DNA of 64,000 bases from the human T2T-CHM13v2.0 reference genome, Homo sapiens, in the NCBI RefSeq assembly GCF_009914755.1, contig NC_060935.1; one strand, given 5' to 3'. The notes below the pieces were generated by a model. The model did not search any database, was not told where the DNA came from, and worked only from the letters and a program-made list of their open reading frames with translations. Both the position numbers and the translations under genes were made by a program. Below are positions 29,325-44,330 of this stretch, piece by piece (positions within the stretch are counted from its first letter, which is position 1; every line of letters starts with the position of its first letter).

Positions 29325-29459
29325 AAATTCAAATAGAAATAGTCATCTTTCAATTTAAAAAGTTCAAGAAGTTTTATAACTACTGCTTCAAATTCAAATA
29401 GAAATAGTCATCTTTCAATTAAAAAAATGGTGCATGAGGTTTTATAACTACTGCTTCAA
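29325..29459. repeat. About 65-70-bp tandem duplication
   Basis: AAATTCAAATAGAAATAGTCATCTTTCAATT...TTTTATAACTACTGCTTCAA twice. Confidence 0.9.
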
Positions 29460-31164
29460 GATGAGAATATTTTTTTGTATCTCCAAAAGGCTGATATTTA
29501 AAACTAGTTTATTCTTTCATAATACATTAACATTTAGGGTCTATATGGACAGAGTTGCTTTTAAACAATGATTCACCACAGTTTTTCAGTGGGACTGAAA
29601 GAGAGCAGAAGAAATGTGAACAACCCATAGTGTGTCTATTTACATTTGTATTCGAGATAGCGTGATGGAAGTAGTGTTATGGAATTTATAGCTGGAGCTT
29701 GGCTTTAGTTGAGAAGAGTTAGTTTTATTCTCTGTTAAACAAAAAAAACAAAAGCCCACAAATAATTTTTCTCATCTTTCAGGATATTTTTGTTTGACTC
29801 TAATATTATAATATACTATTAATATGTGTAAAAACATCTGTAAGCACAAAAGTGCTATAAAAATGGCATCTTGTTATATTTATTATGGCATATTGATCTT
29901 TGGACAGAACTAGATGGGAACAGTTTTACTTGTAATCTGAAATGACATCACAGAGTGAAAATTCACACAAATAATTAGAGAGCAATTAGACAATATTTCA
30001 ATCGAAACTGAAAACGGGTAGGAATTTTAACTTGGCATTGCCAAAGCTACGAATTTACTCTATGTAAAACTTACACACACAGATGTATATCAATGCTTGT
30101 GGATGTCTATTAAAATACTTTTATAATAGCGATGGTGGAAACAATCAAAATGTTTATTTTAGGGGTTGAACAAATCCTCATAATATAGTCACATAATCTA
30201 ACACTAGCACCCTTTAAAGAGAAGAAACTAGAAAGAGTGAAAAACGTCTACAATAAATTAGAAAATTGAAATAAAAAGAAAGTGAATGATTTGCACAGCA
30301 GTCTTTCTGATGCTTGACCTCATTTCCGTGTTTCTTATCTCTGAGCTTAAAATAATGTGGCAGTAGGCAACTTACACCACTTTTTGGATACATTACAGCA
30401 AATTGAAATAAAAATTTATAGGTCAAAAAACTGACAATAAATTAGGTCAAAAAATTTGTAATATCAAAAGTAAGAATTATCCCATTTATTTTAATGATTG
30501 ATAGAGAGATGCATATACAGACTTTCACTCAAACACACGTGTAGGAAAAATTAAGAACGTGTAACTTAACATTTACTACTGCAAAATGAAAATGTAGAGA
30601 AGGGTTTTCCTTTCATTGTTTTAAATTGCTTGGTTGTTTAGAATTGTACAATGTAGAAATAAATCTTTTGTAAATTAAATCTATACAATCAATACTTCTG
30701 TAAAGTACATCAGTAGCCAATTAAAAATAAAATGTCACTCTCAAATACGTAAACTATTAAAAGTTATGACAAAAACCACAATTACTTTTGTACCACCCTA
30801 ATATATGGTGTTTAATCATAAACAAACCCATTAGGGATGACGAGAAGATACAATCTCAGCCTAGTGCATTGAACCTAATGACCTGGCCTCAATGGCCTCT
30901 TGCCCTGCTCCTGCCAAATCCTCTCTTGAGTTTTATGTTCCAGGCATTTCAAATACATTTAGACATGACAACAAACTACAAAATTGCATGCCTTTTTGTT
31001 TTTACTCTTCCGATACCATTTCAGAAGTTCCTTTTTCTTGTCTCTACTTGGATAACTACTAAGTTATTCAAGATTGTGCCTTAGTATCAACCTGTTAAGG
31101 AAGAAGTTATCACATCTGTCCCAGATCCTGAATTGGACAACCCTAATTAATAGTCCTATAGTGT

Positions 31165-31328
31165 CTTGGCATACAAGTATCACTGCATTTATCTCTGTAA
31201 TGCCACTATTTATTTAATTGTTTCTACCGCAACTATTTATTTGTTTCTACCACAACTTGGCATACAAGTATCACTGCTTTTATCTCTGTAATGCCACTAT
31301 TTATTTAATTGTTTCTACTGCAAACTAT
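31165..31328. repeat. Tandem duplication (about 70 bp, 91-bp period) in L2-like sequence
   Basis: CTTGGCATACAAGTATCACTGC...CCACTATTTATTTAATTGTTTCTAC at 31165 and 31256. Confidence 0.9.
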
Positions 31329-31605
31329 ATTGTTGGGAAGAGGAATTATATCTTTTAATACCATATCCCGGTACCAATCTCAGTAAGTGTTTTTAGATGA
31401 TTTAATTAAAATCTCTCTCTATATATAGCTTAAATTTTGTATTTAGTTTATTTACCAGTTATAAAATAATGTGCGAGAATCTTGATTTTCAAAATAAATT
31501 CTTCTATCAGATCAACACTTTTGAAAGATCATCTTCATAAAAATGTAACTGAAGGATGTGGAAAAGATCATGGAGGAACATGTGTTAAAGAGCCTAAGTT
31601 AGGCG

Positions 31606-31993
31606 GAATCTAAAAAAGTAAAACTCATAAAAGCAGAGAACAGAATGGTGGTTACTGGAGGCTGGGTGGGGTGGAGTAGGATGGACTGGAAAGAGAAGAT
31701 ATTGGTCCATGGAGACGGTTTTCATTAGACAGGAGGAATATCTTCTGGTGATATATTGCAAAGCACGGTGACTATACTTAATATATTTTATATTTCAAAA
31801 GAGCTAAAAGAATGGATTTAAAATATTCTCACCACAAACAATTTATAAGTATTTGAGGTGATAGATATTTTAATTAGCCTGATTTTATCAGTTTGCAATG
31901 TATACGTGTATCAAAACAACACACTGTACTCCATACATAAATATAATTATTAGTTCTTAATTAAAAATAAAATAAAACTAAAACAATAAAAAA
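31606..31993 (+). mobile_element. L1MA-like 3' end with A-rich tail
   Basis: GGAATCTAAAAAAGT...GAATGGTGGTTAC...TTCTCACCACAAA...AATAAAATAAAA. Confidence 0.85.
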
Positions 31994-33394
31994 CAGGAAC
32001 CTGGGTATTTATCTTGTTTATTCATATTAACTTCTGTGAAATTAAAACAATACAAATTATCTTTCAGAATTCTTGTGTGGGTGAAATAAAGTATTGAATA
32101 TAGAAGCTCTATGTAGATTATTATGAAACATTATTGTATTTAATACTGATAATATAAATTCGAATGAACTCAGTTATTTTTGAGGCATTTTTAGACAAAG
32201 GGCACAAAGCTATTTATTATTTAATGGAGGCCTTATTTCCTTCACCGTGAATTCTATATTTGATAATTCATTTTCCATTTTTAAGATTTAATTTTTTAAA
32301 TTGGCATTATTATAGCATCAGATATTGAAATGGAATTGTACAGGAAATTGGCAATAATTGCTAGAGAAATGAAGGCTAATTACTATACTTACTTTTAACA
32401 CAATGTAAAAGCTCTGACAAAACAAATTAGGAGGTTTTCTCATCACCACAGCAACAATTTTCAACTTTGTTTTGCCTTTCTGAAAATATAACCAGTCAAG
32501 CAAAGTTAATTTAACTTGAGCAGAGTGAAAAATTGATTTGTTTTTACATGATGCAATTAGGCTTTAAAAAAAAGTCAAGTTAAATAATGATAAGCACAGT
32601 TTAATTTGTTTATAAGCCCTTTAGGAACTGTATTTTGAGTTATAGCTAACAAGAAATTGACTATAAAATAAGGAAAAAGATTTGACTGGTGGAATGTCTT
32701 ATTTCTTTTTGTTTGTGTCATTTATTTGAAATTACATGGTTGGTATAAATTAGTAACAACATTTGTATGCATTATGTCCTTCAGAAAGGCTTGTTGACTA
32801 TTACCTATCTATTAAAGAGGGACACACTTAAAATGACTCACTTATTTAACTCAAAATAAATATGCCTCCTCTTAAAGAAATCTACATACTCCAAACACAA
32901 ATGAGGGATATATGACAATATCCTTGAAATCAGGAATGTCTGAATTCTATCCATAACATAGCAACTATAAGCAAATAGCAAAGATTGAACATGAGATGAT
33001 ATTTGATCAAAATAATTATTTTTACTGAAGATTTTTGTGGGTATCCTGGCACTTCAATCTTAAATAATATGAGAAAAAGTAAAACATCAACCATTTATTT
33101 CTGACTAGATTACTTACATTATCTGTGTTCACCAAGATTCCCTTGATTTTTCAAGTTATGTATTTTTATTTACGTTTTGAAAAAAGTTTTGCTAGGTAAG
33201 CTCATCTACTTTCTGACCTTTGCACTCTTCCCTGTTCCTGGAGTTTTCTTCTCTTAGCTTTTTACATGATTGCTTTGCTCATTCTCTTCCTTTAGCTTTG
33301 GGTTCAAATGTCTTCTCCCTTAGAGGGCTTTCCCAATGGCACTATCCCAAAAGGCTTTCCCCAGTAGCCTTCTCTCATTAACTTCGACTTTTTC

Positions 33395-35003
<1,609 letters not shown>

Positions 35004-36809
35004 TTAGGGCAGGTGCCATAAATTAATATGAGTTATAAAATAAATGAATGAACACATATAGTGACTTATAATTGTAGTCTGTGAGTACACATATACTCTC
35101 ATCCCCTAAAAGAGGCAAACGACACATTACTGATATTTATTGAGAGCCTTCTCTGGGTTCAAGACAGTTGTAGAGATATACAGACTAAAAAGTATTTTAT
35201 CTTTTATGTTCTGATTTTGAATGCATGGGTGAGACAAAATAAATTGTAGCAAGCAATATAAAATTGCATAATTTAAGTACTGTAATTTTAGTTTGAGAAT
35301 TCAGAGAAAGAGAGAGAAATCAATGAGAGCTGGTCCTCACTGAGAGCTTGATGGGATTCTAGGCATCTTCAGTACCTTAAAGCATGAGTGTATTTTTGTC
35401 TTCTTGTATTTGAGTACTCAGAAATTTGAAGAGAATTGGGACTGTCACTCTATTTTAAGAAATAGTCTTATTTAATAGGCCAAGGTCCTTTACATGTATG
35501 TGTAAAGTAAATCTCAGAGATAGTTTAAGATACACAATCCACTACTACCATGTGCCTTGCTGAAGTAATTTGAAACCCATGTGGTTTAGTTTTGTGATGG
35601 TGCTGTCTTCACAGATGATACAAATGATAAGTTTTGATGCTGTCAGTCTATGTCCAGGCTTTACAATGGAAACTATGGTTACTACCTGGTCCCTGCATTT
35701 GCAAAGGAGTGCTTAGCATTTGGTATACGACTAACAGCAAGTTCTAGATTTTAGCTCCTTTTAACCTTCTAGTCAAACTAAGCCTTTGATAACCCATTTT
35801 ACTGAAATAACCAATGCCTACATTATCAATTTTAAATTATGAAAAGATACTTAGAGCAATAAGTTCAATGGCAGCTTTTGACCAATAACACATAAACTTT
35901 CTTTTACCTATGTTGGAAATAATTTCTGTCTCAATAAAAAACAATATCAAAGTATCTTGCCAGAATTATTCAATACTAGGTAGAGGTTTTTGGAACCAGT
36001 TATTTCTTGCAAATGTATTATTTAAAATGTGTATATTTTTATATTCATGCTAAGTTAGAGTAGCCTCCAACTGAACCAAACTGACTTAAAATCAATTAAT
36101 TATTCACTGCGAGCTATAATGTTTTAAAAAAGTCACAGATGCAAATTAGACAATTTGGTTCATGATAAACTAAGATACTTCACTTGCTGAAAAACCTATT
36201 TCTTCATATAATTCTATGGATTTTGTATTTGATGTGCTTCCACATTTTTAACACTGCTTTGCCATGCCTTTGTGGACTGCGATGTTGTTTTCTCTCATTC
36301 AGAGACCTGAAAAACTAATTAACTCATTTGAACTGGATGACTAAAGTGCAAAAGTAATCTGTCACAACTAAAAACATAAATTCAATGTTTTTTCCCATCA
36401 CAGTCTAGTGCACTTTTTTCTGTAATGCAGTATAATCAAAAGATTATGAACTTTGAGGTCAGACCAGAGAGCAAATCCTGACTGTCACATATTTCCTATA
36501 TGACCATCAAGTGACTTCACTTCTCTGAGTTTCAATTGCATTGTCTATACAACAACAAAGAGTTAAAAAAGAATAAGACCTATTATGAAGGCTATATTGA
36601 GATTGTAAGAGCTTGGAACATATGAGGCACTCTTCCTGGAATGTTTCCCAGCCCCTCTCTTCTTCAAAATCAACTCCAGGATTATCTAACCACAATGATA
36701 TAATGCAAAGGGTTTTCGGACTGGGAGCAGTTTTTGTCCCTGCTCTGTCACTAACTCAGTCTTTAATCTCAAGCAAGTACATAAGTACATTCGGAATTTC
36801 AGTTGCTTA

Positions 36810-37281
36810 GTGCATCAGTAACAGCCCAGGCCTCTCAGCTCCATAGTCACCCTTCATTGTCCGGCTTCACCAATAGAGGGCGCTGGAAGGACACTGGAGG
36901 AGAGAGGGGCTCTTCCTGGTTTGGGGTGTGCTCATTACTAGCTGACTCCCGGAGGGCAGGCTGGCACCTTCCAGTGGAAGACTTCTCAGACCCGGGAGGA
37001 TAGATTCCAGCGAGGTCCACCACGCAGCACCTCCACAGAAGTCCCTGTCATCCAAGGCCTACACCTACATCCTTTCCAACAATGTCTGGGCTCTTCCAGA
37101 TTGGCGACTTCATTGAACACTCTGCTTTGGTCCTCGAGGTGCGACTGCTCCCTTTATTTCTTGCTTTCCTGTTCTTCAGAGTTCTGAATGCTATTCCCCC
37201 CACCCCAGTAGGTAATTCACTTATATTGTAAATATTTCTTTATATTAAACATTGTTTAACTTCTATCTCTTGGTTAATACT
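36810..37281. mobile_element. LTR41/LTR33-like ERVL LTR
   Basis: CACCAATAGAGGGCGCTGGAAGGACACTGG motif; ATTAAA near 37244; locally GC-rich. Confidence 0.5.
36868..36885 (+). promoter_or_regulatory. Candidate CTCF site
   Basis: CACCAATAGAGGGCGCTG versus core CCASYAGRKGGCRS, one deviation; CpG retained. Confidence 0.55.
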
Positions 37282-37460
37282 CTTAGGAAATAATTAGGTT
37301 ACATGGAATCATCAATAAGTTTTTAAAAAGTAATTTTAATCTCTGATATTCAATGAGATTTAATAGAATATGCTCTTGGCTGTTCTTGGAGAAGTGTGCC
37401 TCATGGATGTATCCTTAGGCATAAGTTATTTTGTTGTGTTGCCAGGGAGTAATGTGAGAA

Positions 37461-37602
37461 GTAATTAGTTACATCCCCAAGAGCACTTACTATGGTAGGG
37501 ATGCTACACTATAGATAAAAAAAATATATCATTGGACCCAACATGCAGAGAACAATCCAAAAGGTGATACACCAATGTGTAATCTGTGCAAACAATAATC
37601 CA
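37461..37602 (+). mobile_element. Class I ERV pol integrase zinc-finger fragment (decayed)
   Basis: Manual translation VISYIPKSTYYGRDATL*IKK/YIIGPNMQRTIQKVIHQCVICANNNP; CxxC-xxNP typical of ERV1 integrase. Confidence 0.7.
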
Positions 37603-37764
37603 AATGTAAATGAACAGCAGGTTATTTGATCATTGCATGCAGAATCCAATTAAGAGTGAGGTATGGTATAAAGACCCAAAAACGAACGGAATGAGGTAAG
37701 AAGTAGAGATATATGGATTAGAATCAAAGATGGTTTTGCTTGAGAATCAGACCAGTTGACTTAG

Positions 37765-37920
37765 ACCAATAGTTCTCAAACAATGATAGTTGTAATTATC
37801 ATCTGAGGAATATCTGCATTAACAAATGTGTCCAAATTTTAACCCAGACTGACTGAACCATCATATCTGGGGTTGGGAATTAGCCTATGAATTTTCAGAA
37901 ACTCTCTACATATTTCTGAC
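37765..37920. mobile_element. MER5-like hAT-Charlie MITE
   Basis: CAATAGTTCTCAAA terminus; CCCAGACTGACTGAACCA...TCTGGGGTTGGG. Confidence 0.6.
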
Positions 37921-39169
37921 GTATTATTTCCTCCTCATCCCCACGAGTTAATTAATAAATAAAAAACTGTTCATGGAGAACATATTATGTGCAAGAGACA
38001 GTGCTAGGTACTGAGCAGTATAACAAGCTCATAAAAAAGACTTTGTGCTCAAGGAGTTTGTCGTCTATTGGAAAAGCAAGAAAAGTAGACTTTTAAGTAA
38101 TACACAACTCCTTCAAGTATGTGTCAGCCATTATACTAAGCATTTTATTTACATATCTCCTTTAGTCTTGAAAATCCAGTAAGGTAGGTAAAATTACTAA
38201 AATTACTTATAGATAAGGAAACTGAAGCTCAGAGGTTAGGTGATATTTTTTCCTCTTAAAGAGACATACAAAGCATTATTAGAGTATAAATGAGGAAGAA
38301 AGAAAGTTCTTTATGAACAAGGGGCCACTGAGGCTTGAACACTAATATTTTTGAGTTCTCAAATTTTGTCTTCTAAGGAATGGAAAAATTATTTGAAACT
38401 GTGATTCTTGTTTATTTCTCTCTTTTTAACTAATTGAAGATTTTATTTTACTTAATTAGTATTCTGGAACTCTTCTTGATTTTTTTCTTTTCCTTAAATA
38501 TAGACACAGACCAAAGATTAAAAACCTATACGGAGTTTTGGCGGCATTGCAGATAATTTAAATGGCTAAAGGAGGTTGGGTGTAAACCAGAGTGAGCGGG
38601 AGATGGGAATGGGATAGGACTCTGTGTAGAAAGTGTAGTCTTGGTTGAACAATATTCATATTTAAATATATTTTAAAATGAATTTTAAATGGGACAAGGA
38701 GACTATACAAACTATCTAGTAGCATATCCCAAGTTCTCAAGCCTGTCTAACTGCAAAGGGATGTTTACAGAGCTTCATTTAAGGTATCTGCTTTCCAACA
38801 TTGAAATCAATTTTTGTTTTCACTTTAAATTCCGGTGGGTTTCTATTGTATTGCATGCTTCTGTGATAGACTCTGCAGTAGGGAGAGGGAGTGAGATGTA
38901 GCATTGGGGTGGGATGGAATCAGAACTGTATGAAGATCCATGAAACCTGAATTTGATCTGGGTGCTCCACTTTACGGAGGATTTTCTCATCTCAACTTAT
39001 TCACACAACCACTAGGTGGGGAAGAAGATATTAAAACACAGTTCTTCATGACTCCACTCCTATATCCTTTACACTAAATGAAGATGAGGCAATTTATGAA
39101 AAGTTATTTGTAGATTGAAGAAAGTCAAACAAAAACAAGTGACAAATTAAAAAAATACCAATATGCTTA

Positions 39170-40400
39170 AGATAGTGGAAGCAAAAAGGCACAGAGAGCT
39201 GAGAGAAGGCATAATGACTGTGCAGAAATCAGGAAAAGCTTCAGGGAGCTTATGGCCTTTGAGATGGACCTTGATGGGTGAATATGCTCCGATAGGTGGA
39301 GTTTGGATAAAATTATAGGCAGAATAAACAGAATTAAACAAAGGGATTAAAGAAGAGATATCTAGGCCATATTCAAGGAATAGAAATTGGTACACTTTAT
39401 TTGAAACTTACAGTAGGTATCAGGAAGATAAGACAAAGACATATAGGTGACTTGGAGTCAAAATACGGATTGAGGAGTTTGTGAACAGGTGTACAAACAT
39501 GGCTAGATCTACTCTTTCAGAAAGGCAATCAAGTAATGGTGTCACTATATTGGAGCATTGAGAGAGTGCCCTAGGTGTGAGTTGAGGGGTCTGATGGGTG
39601 TGTGTGCATGTGTGTGTAACAGTGGGGCTGAAGAGACCCTCCAATAGACACATGAGAAGCAAAATCCCTGAGATTTACCTGCAATATTTTGAGCTGCATA
39701 ATTAAGAGCAAACTAAACTTCATTAACCAGAAGTCAAAAAACAAAACAAAACAAAAAACATCTATTTGAGGAGCCGAGGAGGAGACTGAGAGAGAGGAGT
39801 TGATGTGATATTTTTGCTCACATTTCATTGGAAATACCCGTTGTAGAGATTGTTTCAGGGAGCTGAAAATGTCTATCCGGGGTTTGGGGAGGGGTAAGGC
39901 TAGAGGAATGGATTTAGGAGTCTTTAGTACGAAGGAATTGACTACAATCCCCATAGGCTGTGAAACTGTCAAATGAAAACTGTAAAAAAGAGGAGAAGGG
40001 CAATCATCAAACTTTGAGAATGAATATATTTAGAGATACAGAGGGGGCAGCAGAGCTGGAAAGGACAGCGAGATCAGTAGTCTTGGAGTAGGAGGCATGG
40101 ACAGTGCGAAGTTAATGAAGATGAGGGAGGAGAGGGATTTGTGTTGAGACATAGGACCAGCTGTTTCATTCCCTGATATTTGAAAATGCAGTTTTAGCAA
40201 TTGTGGAGGTGGAAACCAGACTGCAAGGGATTATGTTTTAATTGGATGGTGAGGAATCAAAGGCTGGGAGAAGAGCGTGATCTTTTAATAATTCTGGGCA
40301 TGAAATGTAGGGGGACAGAGCAAAATATTGCATCATTTGCAATTTCTAGGAAGATATTTTTAAGATAGGAGTGATACGGGTATGTTCAGGGACAGAAGGT
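39170..40400 (-). mobile_element. Degraded L2 body
   Basis: Purine-rich antisense L2 motifs such as GGAAACCAGACTGCAAGGG...GGTGAGGAA. Confidence 0.5.
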
Positions 40401-40647
40401 GCTTGGTAATAAATATTTTGATGTGAAAATGGCTAATGCAAGAATTCCAGTGGGAGATATAATACTGGATTTAGAAAGGAGCTGTCTGCAGAGGGAGAAG
40501 TAAGCTTTGTGCTCAAATCACTTTTTTTTTTTTTTCTGACTCCGGAGAGCAGTTTGTGTCCGCCTGGGCAACTTTATTTTTTAAATAGTTGGATTGTTTG
40601 GAGAACATTCTCTGTCTTTTTCTCATGCTCTTTCAACCTTTCAACTA

Positions 40648-40653
<6 letters not shown>

Positions 40654-40705
<52 letters not shown>
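40654..40705. repeat. (CA)n microsatellite, about 25 units
   Basis: Direct reading. Confidence 0.98.
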
Positions 40706-40709
<4 letters not shown>

Positions 40710-41404
40710 GAGGGAGTGGCTCTGAATGTAAAATAATCCAGTATGTCCAAAAGATCCCACTATCCCCCCAGGTAGCTGGGCACCTTATGAGCTGATGTCT
40801 GATTCTCAGAAACGTTACAGCAGAGGGCATTCATCAGGAAATTGAGTTCAAGTAATAGCATGGTCACCTTACCCAGAGGACACTTGCCAGAAATTAAAGA
40901 AAAAAATGCCTCGTGGGCAAACTCATTGCTAATTATATCTTGAAAGTGCTTGAAAATGCAACCTCAGTGGATGCAGAGCGATGAATCAGTGTTTTACTCA
41001 ATATAGTTTGTCCTTCATCATCCAGGCTTCAGATAATTTAGAGAAAACACCAAAAATTCCTTCCCAATCATTCTGAACATGATGAACATGGTGTCCTATG
41101 GGGTACTTGATGTGGCCCTGGAATTATGACTGACAGTATACCTTTATACAGATCAAAGAAACATCCCTGATTATGATGGGAGACATGAAATTACAGCCAA
41201 TTATCTTCAGGTCAGTATAGTGACACTAATTGTTGGGAATAGATAACAGAGTAAACTATTGCATTGTTTAAAATATTTGAGTTTCCTGGAGTTTGCCCTG
41301 TTAGCTAACTCTATGAGTAAAAGTAAAGTCTATGGGTTAACTAGAGGTAGCTCTGTTCTAAGGACTTACCCTAGACCAGTGAGCGCTCTCTCACTCTCAT
41401 TCAT

Positions 41405-41413
41405 TCTCTCTCT

Positions 41414-41449
<36 letters not shown>
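41405..41449. repeat. (TC)n(TG)n compound microsatellite
   Basis: Direct reading. Confidence 0.97.
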
Positions 41450-41451
<2 letters not shown>

Positions 41452-42184
41452 CATTTACTCGATTAAAATGTGGCATAAGTTTCTTTTGGTCCATGTTTCC
41501 AGTTTCCTTAAATGGGTCTCTGTTGTGGAGGTAGTAAAAGATTGGCCTGTACAGCAGAGAAAAGGTGGTGGGCAATATTCCAAAGAGAATTCCAGTGCAT
41601 ATTCCATCACTGTTTTTTTTTTTTGTTTTGTATTTTTCTTTTTAGGAAATCACTCATCATACGGGCATGCTGTCATGAACTAGTGTCCACTGTCAACTTG
41701 AGTCTTCCTTTTCACTTGGGAATATTTGGATGATGCTTCCCAGATAAGGAAACTGAATGAAAGCCAATAATGAAGGCTTCTAATCAGATCTCGAGTGTTC
41801 AGAGATGGGAGGAGTTGCAGGGCCAGCAACACAGACAAAGAGGGCAGTGCCTTTGTTGCATGTGTGTTATTGGCCAGACACATGTGACTTGTAATTCAAG
41901 AGATTTTATCTTCCTGTCCCATCCTGCCATGAATACCATTATTTGTCCACCTTTTATTTGTTTGTTTGTTTTGGTGTTATTAACCGTATCTTCCTTAAGA
42001 GAATCTTACAAAATTATTGAGTCCTTTAAGTGCATTTTTAAAGTCTTGAGAATTATTTTTGCTTTGACCTTTCACCGGAGGCATTATTTTACAATTCCTT
42101 TGCTTGATCTATGTTGGACTTTTTAAAAGCTGCCACAACTCTAGTAGAATTTAAAAATGTAATTTAAAGGATCCCAAACTGCTT

Positions 42185-42600
42185 TAGGATTGATTTCAAC
42201 TACAAGCTATGGAGTTTTGACTATGAGACTTAATAAAATAAGTTTTGTTGTTTCTCCTATAACAAGAAGTCCAGGGTTAGGCAGTTTAAGGTCACTGTAG
42301 CAATCCTGGAGCACTGGTGCTGCAGTTTCAAACATTTTTCAGGCTCCGTCTCTCTTTTCTGCTCTCTTTGGTGTGTGGATTTATTCTCATGATCACCTAA
42401 TGACAACAAGATGGCAGTTATTTCCAATCTTGTTACCACCATCTATTTAGAGAAAAGATAGAAAAGTCACAAGGAGGAAGGGATGGTCTTATATTAGGAA
42501 AACTGTGTTTCCTCAGAAATCCTCCCACCTATCTTACTGGCTAGACTGTGTCACATGGATATTTCTCTACACAAGAGAGGCTACGAATGTGAGATTTCAG
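42185..42600 (-). mobile_element. MLT1J/K-like MaLR LTR
   Basis: ATAACAAGAAGTCCAGGGTTAGGCAG, CAAGATGGCAG, CTGGCTAGACTGTGTCACATGG. Confidence 0.7.
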
Positions 42601-43164
42601 ATGACTGTGCTGCTATTACTAACAAAATTAGAGTTTTTTCTTGTTTTTTTTTAATAAGAAAGGGATCAGTGGTAGTAAACAACATGACCATTTTCTTTCC
42701 TAAGAACATCCCTCCCAAAAATGTTCTGTCCAAAATTAATAGATAAAATGAAGTTTCATAAGAACACAGGAAGAAATAATTGAACAAAAAGAAGTCAGGA
42801 GATTTGATTATAATAGATTAGCTTATTTTGAGCAAGAAACTGGATCAGACCCATCAAAAAGATCTGAAAACATAGTGGTAGTTATTAACCAAATTTATGG
42901 CACATCACTTTTTGGTAACGTTTTGGTCCCTAGCCTGAGGGACTTTCCAACTAGAGCTATTCTTTTGTCTTTGAACAGAATTTCCTCTGAATTCTTACTC
43001 ATTTCCTTGACTTCTGGACACAGTAGTTTTCAGTAGTGGCATTTGTATGTAGAAGCCTTTTTATACGATTTAATTGAGATCAAAGTTTGTTCTATTATTT
43101 AAAATTTTTCTTTAAAATAAGAAATCATAAACATATATGATTTATTAAAAACTTCTTAGTTTTG

Positions 43165-44115
43165 TTTCAATGTGGTAAATATATATAGCACAAAATGGAT
43201 CATTTTTAACAATTCTCAGCATACAGCTAGGTGGCATTAAGTAGATTCATGTTGTTGTACAACCATTACCACTACCCATTTCCAGAACTTTTAATTATCT
43301 TAAATAGGAAATTTGTTCATTTAAACAATCATTCCCCATTCTCTCCTTTTTCCAGCTCCTGGTAAATTCTATTCTACTTTACATTTTTATAAATTTGTCT
43401 ATTCTTGGTATTTCTAAGTGGAATCATACAATGTTTGTCTTTTGTTTCCAGCTTATTTTGGTTACCAGGTTTTCAAAGCTCATCCATATTGTGTATGGAT
43501 TAGAATTTAATCTATTTTTAAGGTTGGGTAATAATCCATTTCATACATTTACATGTATATATACATTGTATATATGAAATGTATATATATAAAACAAACA
43601 AATGTATATACATAATATTTTATTCATTCATCTGTTGACAGACGTTTCTGTTATTTACAACTTTTAGCTGTTGTGAATAATGCTTCTATGAACATGGATG
43701 TACATGTGTCTGTTTGAGTCCCTGCTTTCAATTATTTTAAGTATGTAGTATACTTAAAAGTGAAATTATGACAGGTATTGTGATTCGATGTTTAATTTTT
43801 TTGAGAAACTGCCAAACTGTTTAACTTCCACAGTGGCTGGGTCCTTTTACATTTCAACGAACAATGCACAAGAGTTGTGATTGCTTCATACTCTTGCCAA
43901 CATTTGTTAATTTCCATTTTTTAAATGACAGCCATTTTAATGGATGTGGATTGGTATATCATTGTGATTTTGATTGGCATTTCCCTAATGACTAGTTATA
44001 TTGACCATGTTTTTATGTGTTTATTTGCCATTTGTATATATTTTTCAGAGAAATGTCAGTTCAAGTCCTTTGCCCATTTTTTAATTAGGTGGTTTGCTTC
44101 TTTATTATTGACTTG
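43165..44115 (-). mobile_element. L1MB-like 3' end
   Basis: GTACAACCATTACCACT...TTCCAGAACTTT...AAGTCCTTTGCCCATTTTTTAATT. Confidence 0.85.
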
Positions 44116-44139
44116 TGGTTCTACATTTCAGTAGATTAC

Positions 44140-44330
44140 AGTATTGCTCCTCAAAGATCTGTAATGAATGACCATTTTGTTCTTCTTCAGCCCCTCTCTA
44201 ACTGATGCTTTTGTTAAATGCAATAAAAATAAATTACTAGAAAAATGAAATAAAGTGCACAAATCTCAATTTTATTAGTAGATTCAACTGACATGAAATT
44301 ATATTCCTATATATATAAACAAAACATATC
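44140..44330. mobile_element. Possible Charlie-family hAT fragment
   Basis: CAGT terminus and AATAAAAATAAATTACTAGAAAAATGAAATAAA motif, recalled only. Confidence 0.35.
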
